A stretch of DNA of 64,000 bases, from NCBI GenBank assembly GCA_050273025.1, contig CP158635.1:16926001-16990000 (forward strand), in the 5' to 3' direction. Positions within the stretch are counted from its first letter, which is position 1; the number at the start of each line of letters is the position of its first letter. Both the position numbers and the translations under genes were made by a program. Positions 12,970-25,200 of the stretch are shown here, in pieces. The stretch comes from Cenococcum geophilum. Lineage: Eukaryota. The notes under the pieces were generated by a model. It was not told the DNA's origin and searched no databases. It was given only the letters and a program-made list of their open reading frames with translations.

Positions 12970-15900
12970 TAGTTCCCTACCCCACTACGCTTCCCTCTGC
13001 GAGGATATAAAGGAGGCTGCGTAGCAGCCGACTTTATATCTTCTATAGAGGGAGCGTAGCGGGGCGGGGGGCTGCGCAGTATGATGGAGGGATAGGATTT
13101 GCGAAGCAAATCCTACTAACTAGTATCTATAGGTTAAAAGTATTTTTTTTACTAGCAGTTAAATAACTCCTCTATATTAAAAAGTAATAAGTCTGTTTTA
13201 GAAGCTATAATATTTAATAATTTATCCGTACGATATTAAAGTTAAAAATTTAAAGGGGTGCTAAGAAAATCTGCAAATATTACAAATCTCGCCAATACTC
13301 GCCAATATTGATTAGTAACAATATTGACCAATCTGATTGGCAATATTTATATTGAAAACCACGCTGGGCCGTATAAAAGATTTCTATTTGTCTGCTTAAT
13401 TACAGTATTTCCTAAAGCTCCTTTTCTTGTTTACTTTCTTAATCGCAACGCGTTGAGACGCGTCAGTCGCGACGACCTACTGCAAAGATATCAGTTTAGC
13501 TTACCGCCTGTTACCGAGCTAATAGCGATTTTCTATCCCGGGGATGGAAAATCCTAATTGGTCCATTTAGCAGTAAAGCCGGCAGAACTCTACACCGCCC
13601 CTGGAATTCGACGATGCGCTAGCTACACGATGAGAACGGATACCGAGAGCCTTAATTTATTGCACGGATACAGAGCCGATTGTATGATGTAGAGCTGCAC
13701 GTAGAGCCTTGATCGATCGACAGCACGGAAGCCTTGATTAAATCGAGTGACTGCGCAGAAGCCGCGACTGGTCGAGGAACCGAATTAAGCCAGAGCCTTG
13801 ATGTCAGTACGTCGCCGCCACTGAATCGAATCAGTCGAATGTCGTCAAATTAGAGCCTTTGGTCGGGCCGACCTAATACCCTATTTGAGCGTCAGTCGAT
13901 TGTACGCTGTTATAGTTAAATCGAATCAGTCACCGTCGCCGTTAGACGTCTTTGATTGGTAGTTAAAGATGCATTACCGCAGGCACGTAGGCACGCAGGC
14001 ACTAGACCTAATTAGGAGACCAGTACACGGCTGGAAGAACGTCGGAAACACGGTTAATTAACGTTTTGGAGCCTCTGCGAGAGCCTCTTCCCTTGGCTGC
14101 CCGCCCCCGTATCGATCGATTGCCGCCCGTCTTGACGCCCACGGATTGGTTAACTAGAACGATATTTCCTGCAGATATAGATACGGAGCTTTACACGGAG
14201 TCTTATACGGAGTCTATAGATATAGAGCATACAGGTGCAGAGCCTTAATTGGACAACAGTACGGTAGCTTGACTGGACGCCTATAGATGCGAAGCCTTGA
14301 TCGAACGGCAGATGCGGAACCTTGACCGATTGGACGTCTACACGGAAGCCTTAATTAACTGTCTACGGATGTAAAGCCCCAGTTGTATATGTAGTAGAAG
14401 ACACCTTGAGTTAAGCCAGGGCCTTATTAAGTCTAGATTAGCTAAACGCTGTCTCCGCATTCAAATTAGGATAATTAGAGCCTTCGACCGGGCCGACTTT
14501 CTACCTTAATCGAACGACCGAACGATCAGTTGCAGCACGTCGTCGCCAACTAATTAGACAGTCTTTGTCTAGCCGTTAAAGCAGGCATAAAGGTACGCAC
14601 GCAGACACGTACGCAGAGACTAGGCCTATATAGGAAATCAGTATACAGCTGGTAGATTATCGGAAGCATTGCCAGTTGATGTTCTAGAACTATGGGTACG
14701 AACACGGACGCAGAGTATGTAATGTAGAGCTACTGATGCACAGCCTGATGCGCAGCCTGATGCATAGCCAGATGCAGAACAATGTGGACGTAAAGCCTGA
14801 TGATGCAGGACCTGATGCAAAGCCACTAACAGAGCCTTAATTGAGAGCCGTGTACGATGTAGACCGATGCAGAGCTAGATGTAGAGTCCTAATATTAAAC
14901 GACTAGCCGAACCACCGAGTCGGGCCGTAGTCTCTGCCATTTTGATTGACTGGCCTGCCGTTGCCGCTGCTGCTGCCGCTATTCCGTTCGGCTATTTCGT
15001 CCCTGCCGTTTCGACTGACTGCTGTCTCTACCGTCCTAGATCTGTACCGCTGCTAGGTCTATTTACTGCTAGATCTACTAGGTCTGTTATACCGTTCTAT
15101 ACTGCTATTCCAACCGATCTGTTCTACTGCTGCCGACTAGCTGTTCTACCGCTGCCACTACTGCCATTGCTATTCCGACTGTTCCGTTTTATTATTCCGA
15201 TTGTTCTACTGCTACTATTTTTACTAACTGCTACTTACTGACTGCTACTAACTAACTGCTACCGACCGTCTGCCGCTACCGAGATTTCTGCTACTAAAAG
15301 TTCTGCTGCTAGATGTCCTACTATTTACTAACTATTACCGAATTCTTTTACTAAGTATTCTACCGCGCTAACTGTCTGCCGTATTACTATTACTACTACC
15401 GTTACTGTTGCTGCTGTTACTGCTACCGTTATTATTTCTAGTTTACTGCTGTCCTAGTTGCTAGGTTAGATCTTAGCTATAGGTAACAGAGGGGCACTAT
15501 AGAACAGTTCTATAGGAGAGCTGAGGATAGGGTTATCTAAGTTCTTTTAGGGGTATGCTTTCCTTTTTCTATTCTGCTTTTGCTTTACTTTCGTTTGGCT
15601 ATTCTTCTATAATATAGAACGTTAGGGGACAACGTTCTAGGTAGGGGAGGTATGTGGTGGGGTAAAATGGGCCACTGCTTAGTGCCTTGGCATTTTCCTG
15701 TATATATTAAGCCTTCGGCTTCTCTCCTTCTCTCGATCACGACTTACCGGAATATATTCTTTCCTTTCTTCTTACTGACTGCTTTCCTACTAATTGATTA
15801 CGACTAACGACTAACTGACTAACCGACCGACCGACAGATAGACAGCATTGTGACTTCCTATCTAAGAGGGACCGCGTCCACCACCACAGTATTAATTAAG

Positions 15901-16049
15901 TAACTAAGTCTATAATATATACCCTTTCTTCCCGTTTTCCTACCTTCTTTCCTTATATAACGTCTTGACTTTTTATATAGTTTATATATATAGCTTAATA
16001 ATATCTACCTTGCTATATATTATCGCCGCTTATAACTCACTCCGTAACA

Positions 16050-17813
16050 AATATTAAGCTACTAATTTATAAAGTAGATATATATAGAGAATAAAAGGAA
16101 GACAAATAGTAAGCTTTAAAGATTATTAGTTATAAGGATATTAACAATAAAATATAGTATAAGGTTAAGTAGATAGGCTATAATAAAACTACTTAGGAAC
16201 TACTAGAGAATCTAAAGAACGCTATAAGAAAAGTATAGGAGTATTAGAAGAAATTAGGTTAGGTAGTATTAATAAAAAAGGATTGCTAAAAAATAAGTTA
16301 CCTAAGGGGGACCTAAAAAGAGTAGTTGCTAAACTACTTAGATCTACTTCCTTCTTAGTTAAAAGAGAATCCGTTTTTTTATTACTAAGTTCCTATAAAC
16401 CTTATTCTATAAGTTTTTACTCCTTAAAGTATACCTTCTTATAACCCTTTTTAAGACGAAGTAACTAAGCGGATGCCGCAATATAGGCATTTAAGGCCCT
16501 CTACTCTATATTATAAGAATATTCTAACTTAGTAAGAGCCTAAAATAGCTTACTATTAAGATAAATAGCAGCGGATTAAATATAAGACCCTAAAATAAAT
16601 TAATTAGGGAATTAGACGACTATTAAAAGTAATAAGATACGTATATTTAGCATTAGAAGTAGAGCGGACGTTATAGGACAAATAAATATTCGCTTTAGTA
16701 CACTTTAAGTAAGAGGATAGTTGTTATAAAGATGGACTTACTAACGTAATATAAACTAACCCCTTTTTCGCATAACTAGAATACAGAGATAGTATAATTT
16801 CACCAAGTAATAATATTATAGCAACGGTATAAGTACAATATTAGGCGTATAAAGAAGAAGAAGCTTTAGGTATAATAAGTAATAATATTAACTAAATTAA
16901 TTAAACGGATATTATACCTCTAGTAAACGACTTAAAGATATTAAGGATCTTTAAGGACGAAGATAGAAAGGAGATAGTGTTATAAACGCTTTAAGTACAA
17001 TATTATAACTATTAGGAGAGGAGTTAGAAGCAGCTAGTTAGTTAATTAAGGCATAGTCTAAGATAAAGCCGATAGAACTATATAATAAGGAATAGTAGCT
17101 AAGGTTATATAATATGCTACGCATTAAACGGAAGGAATAAGAGGAACTTACGTACCTTATATATAAGGCATATATTATATATAAAGAGGATTTCTTAAGA
17201 GTGTGGTTATATATTTAAAGGACTATAGTCCCTACCTAGATAGTTCTTCTCTTTATAGTAAATCTTAGAATATAATTAATAATAATAATTCATTGCTTAA
17301 CGTCCGATTCGGATCCCTATTGGGCCCACGCGGACTACTCCTTATTTACATGTGGGGAGAAAACTCTATTTAAGAAAAATGAGAAAACCCCGTGATCCAT
17401 CTCCCCGCCTTTTGGGACTCGCCTGCTTAGCGCCTGTGAGTCGCCTATGGTGCTCTACTACCTTACTGTTTGACCTCCTTGGGAACCACTGCTGCCGTAA
17501 CAAGCCTACGGACGCGCTAGTATCACAAACTATTACTCTACTACTGTAGAGTTACTAGGGGGCACCTGCTGCTCGCCCCCTTGCCTTCTATTACCATTTC
17601 CCTTGCAACCCGGAACTGATTTAGCACATTTTGACTAATAAGCCACTGGGTGACCGCCTTGAGGCCTTTTTGTGTTGAGAATTAGAATATAATTAGAGTT
17701 AATCTATTAGGCAACCACTCTACTAGTTATTATTATGTTATTAACTTCTTATTTACCTATATACCTAGCCTATTAATAAGTCTACCGTAGTTCCTGCTAT
17801 AAGGCTTCGTTAT
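16050..17813 (+). mobile_element. Gypsy-B remnant: chromodomain, 3' region and 3' LTR (16978-17813, interrupted by a LINE fragment)
   Basis: Matches the reverse complement of 32884-34250; PPT-like GAAAGGAGATAG before TGTTAT at 16978. Confidence 0.85.
17279..17681 (-). mobile_element. 5'-truncated Tad1-like LINE (ORF2 C-terminus, 3' UTR and (TTA)n tail)
   Basis: 14-bp TSD TTAGAATATAATTA (17265-17278, 17682-17695). Minus strand reads ...KGLKAVTQWLISQNVLNQFRVAREM..., resembling the ORF2 end of the LINE near 31620-31720. Confidence 0.82.
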
Positions 17814-18195
17814 ATTAAGCTATATATTTTAGATAATATTTATACTAAATCTATTTTGGTTCTGGCTTTGCTAGTCTTTCTTTTAGCGTTAGCGTACGAT
17901 AATGCTCGTAGATTGGAGAGGTTTTCCGTGATTTTTTTTATTAAAGGAATTAACTCTATAATCTTAATCGTTTCTTTAATGGCATTAGAAGTAAGATATA
18001 ATTTAAAATCCTTAATTTCTTAAATTCCGGAAGATATATTGTATAATATTATATAGATAGAAGATAACCTTAGGTGCTGTGTAAAATTTTCAATATGCTA
18101 AGAAATATTACGATATTATCCGAATATTGGCAATATTGGCAATACCGATATTTTATTGGTTTGTATTGGATAAGATTTTATTAGTACTAGCACTG
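17814..18195. mobile_element. Probable right end of another hAT-like element
   Basis: Clustered AATATTGGC motifs as in the 6967 hAT; ends ...GCACTG; partner end not in window. Confidence 0.45.
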
Positions 18196-18569
18196 GGATC
18201 GAGTGTACAGGCCGTATAAATACTAATTGAACCGACCTTGTAGTTTTTTTCTAGTCTTTTGGCTGCTTTTAATATATAAAACCCTAAAATAAATTAGATA
18301 AGGAACTAGGCGGTTATAAAGAATAATAAGATATATATATTTAGCGTTAGAGATAAATTAAATATTATAAAATGATTGTATGTTCACTTATCTATTCACT
18401 TGCTCGCAGAGGTAGAGATATATTCTAAATAATGTATTGATTGGGGGTGTAGGCCCGAGGAGAGGGTAATCATCTCAGCCTGCTGTATTGCATAGTAGGT
18501 TCCCTACTATCTCAAGCAGTGGTAGATGATTACACACTCATTGCCCCAAACAACGCGTACCGTTAGAAA

Positions 18570-18832
18570 CTAGCGGTACGAGGCCTGCGCCCTACAACTA
18601 ATATAGAAGTAGGAATATATCTCGTCTTTTTTACGACCGTAGGGTATCATTAAAAGACTGTTTGGGTAACCCAGAACCTAGGTAATATTAAAGGCTGTTA
18701 ACGACGAACCTAGCGGTACAAGGCCTGCGCCTAATAACCAATATAGGAGTAGGAATATATGTCGTCTCTTTGCGCCTATAGAGTATCATTAAAAACCGTT
18801 CGGGTAGGTAATATCGAAGGCTATTAACAACG
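18570..18832. repeat. ~140-bp imperfect direct duplication
   Basis: CTAGCGGTACRAGGCCTGCGCC...GTAGGAATATAT block at 18570 and again at 18710. Confidence 0.75.
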
Positions 18833-19199
18833 ACGACGTAGTAAGCTGGAAAGCGTCAATTTAAAACCTGTTAAAAAACCCTGTGGGAAAAATTGTCAGG
18901 AAAGACTACTTATTAACAGCTGTTGTGGAAAGACGCGACGCGAAACTTCGCGATCCTCCAAGGGGTAAGACGTTTTATCGCGACGACAACACAACGCCGT
19001 ACGGCATAGCATTATTAAGGCTATAAGACGAATAAATAATAAAATCTCTATCAAATAAGCCTTATTTTAAAGCAAAAAGCCAAAAGGCTGATTGTGATAG
19101 ATATTGATGTTGCTGTTCGGAGGGAAGGCGTAACTTCGCTTTGAATAGACATTTTTATATATACTTAATATATAAAGAAGGTTAGCAACTAGATAGAGC

Positions 19200-19977
19200 T
19201 ATAATTATAATATATATTAACTTCTTCTCCATATTTTAAGAATAGGACAGTATAGCTTTACTAAGTAAAAGAATTATAGTTGCTAGCTAATTATAATGGT
19301 TAGATATAAAGGATCTAATAGGAGGTATTAAAAATAATAAAGGTTATTAAATTAAAGATGGGAATGCTATACCTCTAATAGATAACTTAGAGATTGTTAT
19401 ACCTAAGCCCAACCCACTTGACCATACAAACTACCAAAAAGGTAGCAGCAGTGTCTCGCGACTGGACGGGCTGCCGGTTAGAATGCCTTATAAGCTCTCC
19501 AGCCTATATCGCCGTATGGGTAGCGCAAGGTCTGACAGAGATATAAAATATCTTTAAGGACGAAAATAAAGAGGGGGATAGTATTACGGACCTTGTATTA
19601 GCAGTAGTATAACTATTAAAAAGATATATATGCGGGTTAGTTAAAATAGTATAGGAGGCGCTAGAACCAATTAAGCTATAGAATAAAAGGTAGCTAAGTT
19701 ATATAGCTAATTACGTTATAAGTTTAAAACGTAGGAACGTAATTTACTAATATACTAATGTATATAGGATATTTCTTAGCGTAGTATTATATATTCAAAG
19801 GACTATAGTCCCTACCTAGATAGTTTTCTTCTTTATAGTAAATCTTAGAATATAATTAGAGTTAATCTATTAGGTAACCTACTCTACTAATTATATTTAC
19901 GTTATTGACTTAATCTATACCTATATATCTAGCCTATTAATAGGTTTACTATAGTATTTCCTATAAGGCTTTATATA
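19200..19977 (+). mobile_element. 3' end and LTR (19582 to ~19977) of a diverged Gypsy-B relative
   Basis: PPT AAAGAGGGGGATAG then TATTACGGAC; the distal half matches Gypsy-B LTR (GGACTATAGTCCCTACCTAGATAG...). Left boundary approximate. Confidence 0.65.
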
Positions 19978-19979
19978 AC

Positions 19980-20894
19980 CGACTACCGGACCTTATATAT
20001 TACCTTGTTTTACCTATATTAGTACTACCCTTATATATCTCGGATACGTTTAAAATGAGTTATAGGCTTCGGAGTTAGCGGTCTACTTTTATATATATAT
20101 TACACTTGATTTCTATAAATTTATAATTAAGTTGCTTATTTAATTCCTCTACACTATAAAGCTTACACTTTATTATAAATTTAGGCTTATTAATTAGCTT
20201 TTCTTTAAAGCTAGCTATATAGAATCTTTACTAGCTCCTTGCCTTCTAAGTAAACTTTAAGTAACGGTAATTTTAATAGACCTTAATAATATTATAAAGG
20301 GTAGATAGATATTCCTTCCTCTACTTAAGCTTCTATAATTTATTTCTCTAGTATTTTAACTAGCTTAGTAAGATAGAGTTAAACGTATATATAAAGTCTT
20401 TAACTAATTAATCGCTATCTACCTTTAGTAGGCCGACCTTCCTATAATACTTATATACCTTCTTATATTTATAAAGCTACTTTTTAATATTCTAACTCCT
20501 TAAAGCCTTCCCTATTTTTAAATATTAGGTAACTAAGTAAACCTTCTAGGAATTATTAGTTAGAGTAATTGCCTACTTAAGCGAAATAAGGATATTATAG
20601 ATAGTATTACCGTTAAAGGTATAATTAATATAGTTGTAAGAGATCGTGCTAATAATATAGATATGTAAAAATCTAAGGGTTACTCCCTCTTTATTATGCT
20701 ACTTATAGACATAGTTATAGTATTTCTATAGAGCTTAAAGCACTTTCTTTTTATTATTATTAAGTACTAGGAATATAGTCTTTTAAGGAATAATAATTAA
20801 TAGTAATAGCTCTAACGGGGCTTTATATTTAGGTAGATCCTACTTCCTAATATTTGGATTAATATACTCTTATACGTTCTTATGGTTAACTCTA
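19980..20894 (-). mobile_element. Heavily RIP-degraded element fragment hosting the LINE and Gypsy-A copy 2; continues at 32568-32700 and 57921-58085
   Basis: Continuity is inferred from the TSDs of the inserted elements; identity (possibly gag-like) is uncertain. Confidence 0.3.
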
Positions 20895-22261
20895 ATAACA
20901 CCATACAATCGCCCGCCAAAGAAACCTGCGAAATAAGCCCAATAGAGCTCCCACGAGCTCCAGAGGACTACAGAAACCCTCCCTATTAAAACTACACACC
21001 CTAATTCGGCGTTAGTGGAGGTATATATAGTGTTTTCCAATATACAGCCCCTAAAACTAGATTATAACAAATAAACAAACCCCTAACCACCCTAATTGAA
21101 CAGCGCGCCTTTTAAGAACGCGTTCTATAGACTATATAAACCGTAGAATAAACCTAGCAGGCACTATAGAAACGATCTCTTAATGTAGACGAGGAGCGCT
21201 CTACTATGCTCTCCTTCCTTACTACTGCGATTATAACCCTTTGGATAGCCTTTGCTATGTTAGCGGAGCTTATCTGGACCTAAGGAACCTAGGAGTAATA
21301 TGCCTAGGATATAAAGGCAATCCGGACAGATATTGGCGCCCTTAGGAAGGCCGTAACGATAGCTATAAAGAGCGGACCGATGTTTATAGGCCCGCTGTCG
21401 TACATATACGTCGCTGCCACTATACCTATAATGCCCTAAGCTATAAGATAAGCTGCCTATAAACCTATAGAAGTATATAAGATTATAATCCGCATAGGCG
21501 ACGCCGCCGACTATAAGGAAACCTTAAAGCAGAACAGCCAAGCCCTGGTATATAAACTCTAGGCCGTAGGACCCCTAGACACCCACAGAATATAGGCCGT
21601 AAAGAAGTTATAAAGCGGTAATATTAGGGCGTATGTTACGGATAAAGACGTAAAAGATAGGTTGCTATAAGAAACAGAGTGGACGAAGGTCCTTAGACGC
21701 TCTGCTATACTAGCTGTTCCGCTAGTACTAGTAGAGGTCCACGTGGTACCTATAAGCCTCGCTATTTAAGGCCTAGAGGCTAAGCAGATAATAGAAGATA
21801 TAATAAAGCAGAACTATACTATAGCGGGGCTTATAGTAGAAAGGCTAGTGTAGAAAAGGCTAGGAAGAGTCTAAACGGGACAAAAGGTTAAATTGTTACT
21901 TATTATAGGTATATAGTTAAAAGAGTTAGTAAATGCGCTATTTAATTAAGGCCTCTTCCTAGGAGGAGACTACTACCTAGTTATAAGATATAAGACAACG
22001 TTTTTAGTAACGCAGTGCTTTAAATGCTAAGGCTTTAACTATATAGCTAAGAGTTATAGGAGAGAGGCTAGATGCGGATGCTGTGCTAGGTAATATAATA
22101 CTAGTGAATGTACAGGAGATCTACCTAAAAAGTGTATTAACTATAAAGCAGACCATAAGGCATGGAATAGGGCGTATAGTATTAAGCGGACATAGCAGAA
22201 GAAGGCTGTAGCAATTAGGGCCTATACGCTAATACACTACGCAGGCACCTATAAGGCACCT

Positions 22262-25200
22262 TGTTGAGATTCGACCTTCTAGTGGCGTAGGGAGGCTGGG
22301 TACCAGCCTCCTTAATATTATATTATATAGCTACTAACCTTCCCCTAGAGAATCTATGTAAGTAATATACTACATTTTAATAGGTTATAAGCCCGGGTTA
22401 TGTAAATTAAATCAGCTAAGTCTTACCACACCTAATAATTAACTACATAACCTATTAAAAAAATATATTTTAGAGAATTTCTACAGCCTTATAAGCTGTT
22501 TTTGCTGCATACCTCTAAAATATATACGCATTTAATAATTATGAAAAGATATAGATAAAGGGGTCTTAGGAGACTCTTTGTAAGGTAACTAGGCGTTAAG
22601 ACGCTAAAACCTAACCTTTTAAATTCTCTTTAGAAATATAAACCCCTATACTAGCCTTTCCATTTTATAAGGCAACCGTGTATTTAAAACTCGAAATAGT
22701 TATATACTCTGTTAAATCTACTATAGTAATAAAGAAATTAATACCTTAACGGTTATACCGAAGGCCTAAAAAACCAATTCTATACTAATTAAGGCCTTAA
22801 CCTCTATAACTAGCACAATTTTCCCGCTTCCTTAACATCTTCCTCTACCCTTATATATTTAAAGATTTTAAGAAAAATACTAGGAATATCTTTGCGGAGG
22901 ACCTTAAGGACGACAACTTTAACCCTAGCACTATACCCAACTACTTTAGTAATTTAGATAGCTCCTTAGCCTCTAATAGCACCCTCTCTATAGCCAGCTT
23001 AACTGAACTCTTTAGCCTTAAAGTCCAAACCCCTCTTTAACTACCCCGCGAAACCTCCGTTATACCTATCCTATTAGATACTCTAGAGACCTCTAAAACT
23101 AAAGAACTTTCTTAAGCCTCCGAAACCATATACGAATCTATTAAACTTAAAGGAGTAGAGACGCCAGAACCTTAAAGCTCTACTACTGAAGACTTTAAAC
23201 CCAATACTATAAACGTTTTATCTTTACCTATTTCCCCTAAACGTCTTAAACTCCCTAAGCCTTAATAATTAAACCTGTCCCTAATAAGCCTAAGAACTCT
23301 CTATTAGTCTTACTAAAGACATATACAGTTAAGGCAAAGATAAGCTTTATAACTGAAAAAGGGACTAGGGGGCTAGATAAGATTAGGAAACTGGAATCCA
23401 CTATAGAATAGATAGAGTTTAACAAACAGATACGCCTCTACTTATTAATGAACGGATATAGGGATCTATTTAAATAGAACGCAAAAAGACTAGAGTAAGG
23501 GGCCCTATTAAAGATAGTATATAAAACTAAATTAGACACCTAGCTTAATAAACAGGAACGAGTATATAGTATTATCCGAAGTAGACTTAGTTATAACGCT
23601 ATAAGGGAAGTTAAAGAAATTAAGAATATAGAAGAGATTCTTACTAAGCTATAAAAACGTTTTTGTTTAATAGGTAGTGCAGTCTACTAATACCTTAAAA
23701 GACGTTACTAAGAAGTTACCTTAGATACCTATACGGGGGTAATAAACTATATAGAAAAACTATAAGAAGTATAAATAGAGATTATAGAGCTCGACCCCAA
23801 CTATATAATTAGTAAAATCTCCCTAGTTAACAAATTCCTAACAGGACTCGGCCTGGACTACGACATATTCCTTACCTTCTTCTACTAAAAATACTCTCTT
23901 CTACCAGAACGAAACGAAAAAAATAAGATTATAAAAGCAGCTATAATATTTAATGAAGCTGTATAAGCGGCAGAAAGGGAAGAATAGAATATAAAGGGAT
24001 AGGAAGATAATAAGACTGCCCTATTAGTAATCTCCTAAAATACCTAAAAGATAAAGGGTTGTAAGCACTGCTATAAGCTCTATTATATAAAGGATAAGTG
24101 TTAGAAACTATACCTAGACCTTAGAAGAAAGCACCTTAAGGAAAAGTATAGGGAAAGAAAAAGGAAACGAAGCAACTCCTATAATAAGGAGAATAAGAAA
24201 CCTAAGGACAGGAACGATAAACCTATAGAAGAAAACAAAATCGAACTAATAGTAGGACTAAGTTACGCTATATTAGATAGCATAGAAGCCGTCTACCTTA
24301 TAGCAGCCGAGATAGATATAAACTTTATGGCGACCTTCTTCTTTAACTTTAGCTGCTTCTACTACTCTGGCTGCTGGAAAGAAGACTTTATAGAACTATA
24401 AAGGTATACCGGTAGACTACTAAGGGGTTTTATAGGAGCACGGGCAATACTAGAAGCGATTAGGACTATGAAACTATCCTGCCGTATTAATAATAAAAAC
24501 GTGAACCTCTACCTGCACAATACCCTTTATATCCTAGAAGGGGGTGTTAATCTAATCTCTATATTAAAACTATGGGCAAAAGGAGCAAAAATAGGTTTCG
24601 TTAATAATGATATAACTATTACTATAAAAGGAACAAAACTCAAAGCATCCTTACTCTATAGCCTATACGCTTTTAATATCTAATAATTAGAACTACCCCT
24701 AGGACTAACTGCCTATATAGTTACTACCATATAGTATAAGATATAGCATAAAAGAATGGGCCACTTAGGGGAGCAAAATCTACAAAGACTTAAAACAATA
24801 TCAACCGGAATAGACCCGCCTCTAGACGACTGTGTATACGTCCTATGTGTTTAAGGACAAATAAAAGAAAAACTATATAAAAGGAAGTTTAAACTAGGAA
24901 CTTACCTACTTAAATTTATCTATACTAATATCGCCGGTTCTTTCCCCGTTATAGGCTATAATAAAAGCCAATACTAGGTCACGTTTCTTAATAACTATAC
25001 GCAAATAGCTAAAGCCTACCCTATTGCTAAGAAAAGCGAGTTCTTCCACTTTCTCCAACGCTTTATAGAAAAGTACTCCTAACCTAAACGCCGTTGTCAA
25101 CGCATTAGACTTAACTGGGGAGGAGAAAACCGCTTAGATAAATTTTATATCTTTTACGCAGACAGAGGAATTAACGTTAAAGTTACAGCTATGGAACAGC

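Larger units (their letters stand above)
6967..13366. mobile_element. Non-autonomous hAT DNA transposon (~1.46 kb without the nested copia)
   Basis: 17-bp TIRs CAGCGTGGTTTTCAATA / TATTGAAAACCACGCTG; perfect 8-bp TSD GGCCGTAT (6959-6966, 13367-13374); subterminal CAATATTG motifs. Confidence 0.92.
3999..15888 (+). mobile_element. Gag-only (non-autonomous) LTR retrotransposon with 236-bp LTRs
   Basis: LTRs 3999-4234 and 15653-15888 (TGTGGTGG...ACCACA); 4-bp TSD GTAT; TGG-initiated PBS-like sequence after the 5' LTR; PPT AGGGGAGG; degenerate gag (GVLRFNGKNISRFIKGYEGMC near 5215, Cys/His motif near 6250); no pol motifs recognised. Confidence 0.85.
682..16049 (+). mobile_element. Gypsy-A copy 1 (chromovirus): RIP-degraded pol (RT-RNaseH-integrase-chromodomain, 682-3784), PPT, and 3' LTR split into 3797-3998 and 15893-16049
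   Basis: Degenerate RT, RNaseH, integrase and chromodomain codons; near-identical to 44255-47125 plus 57333-57575; PPT AAGAGGGGGGTAC; LTR matches those starting at 32701 and 57576. Confidence 0.9.

Noticed and set aside
20895..21000. 5' ribozyme in the full-length LINE
   Set aside because: No P1/P2/P3 pairing pattern was found, and its tail also differs from that of the ribozyme-headed element.
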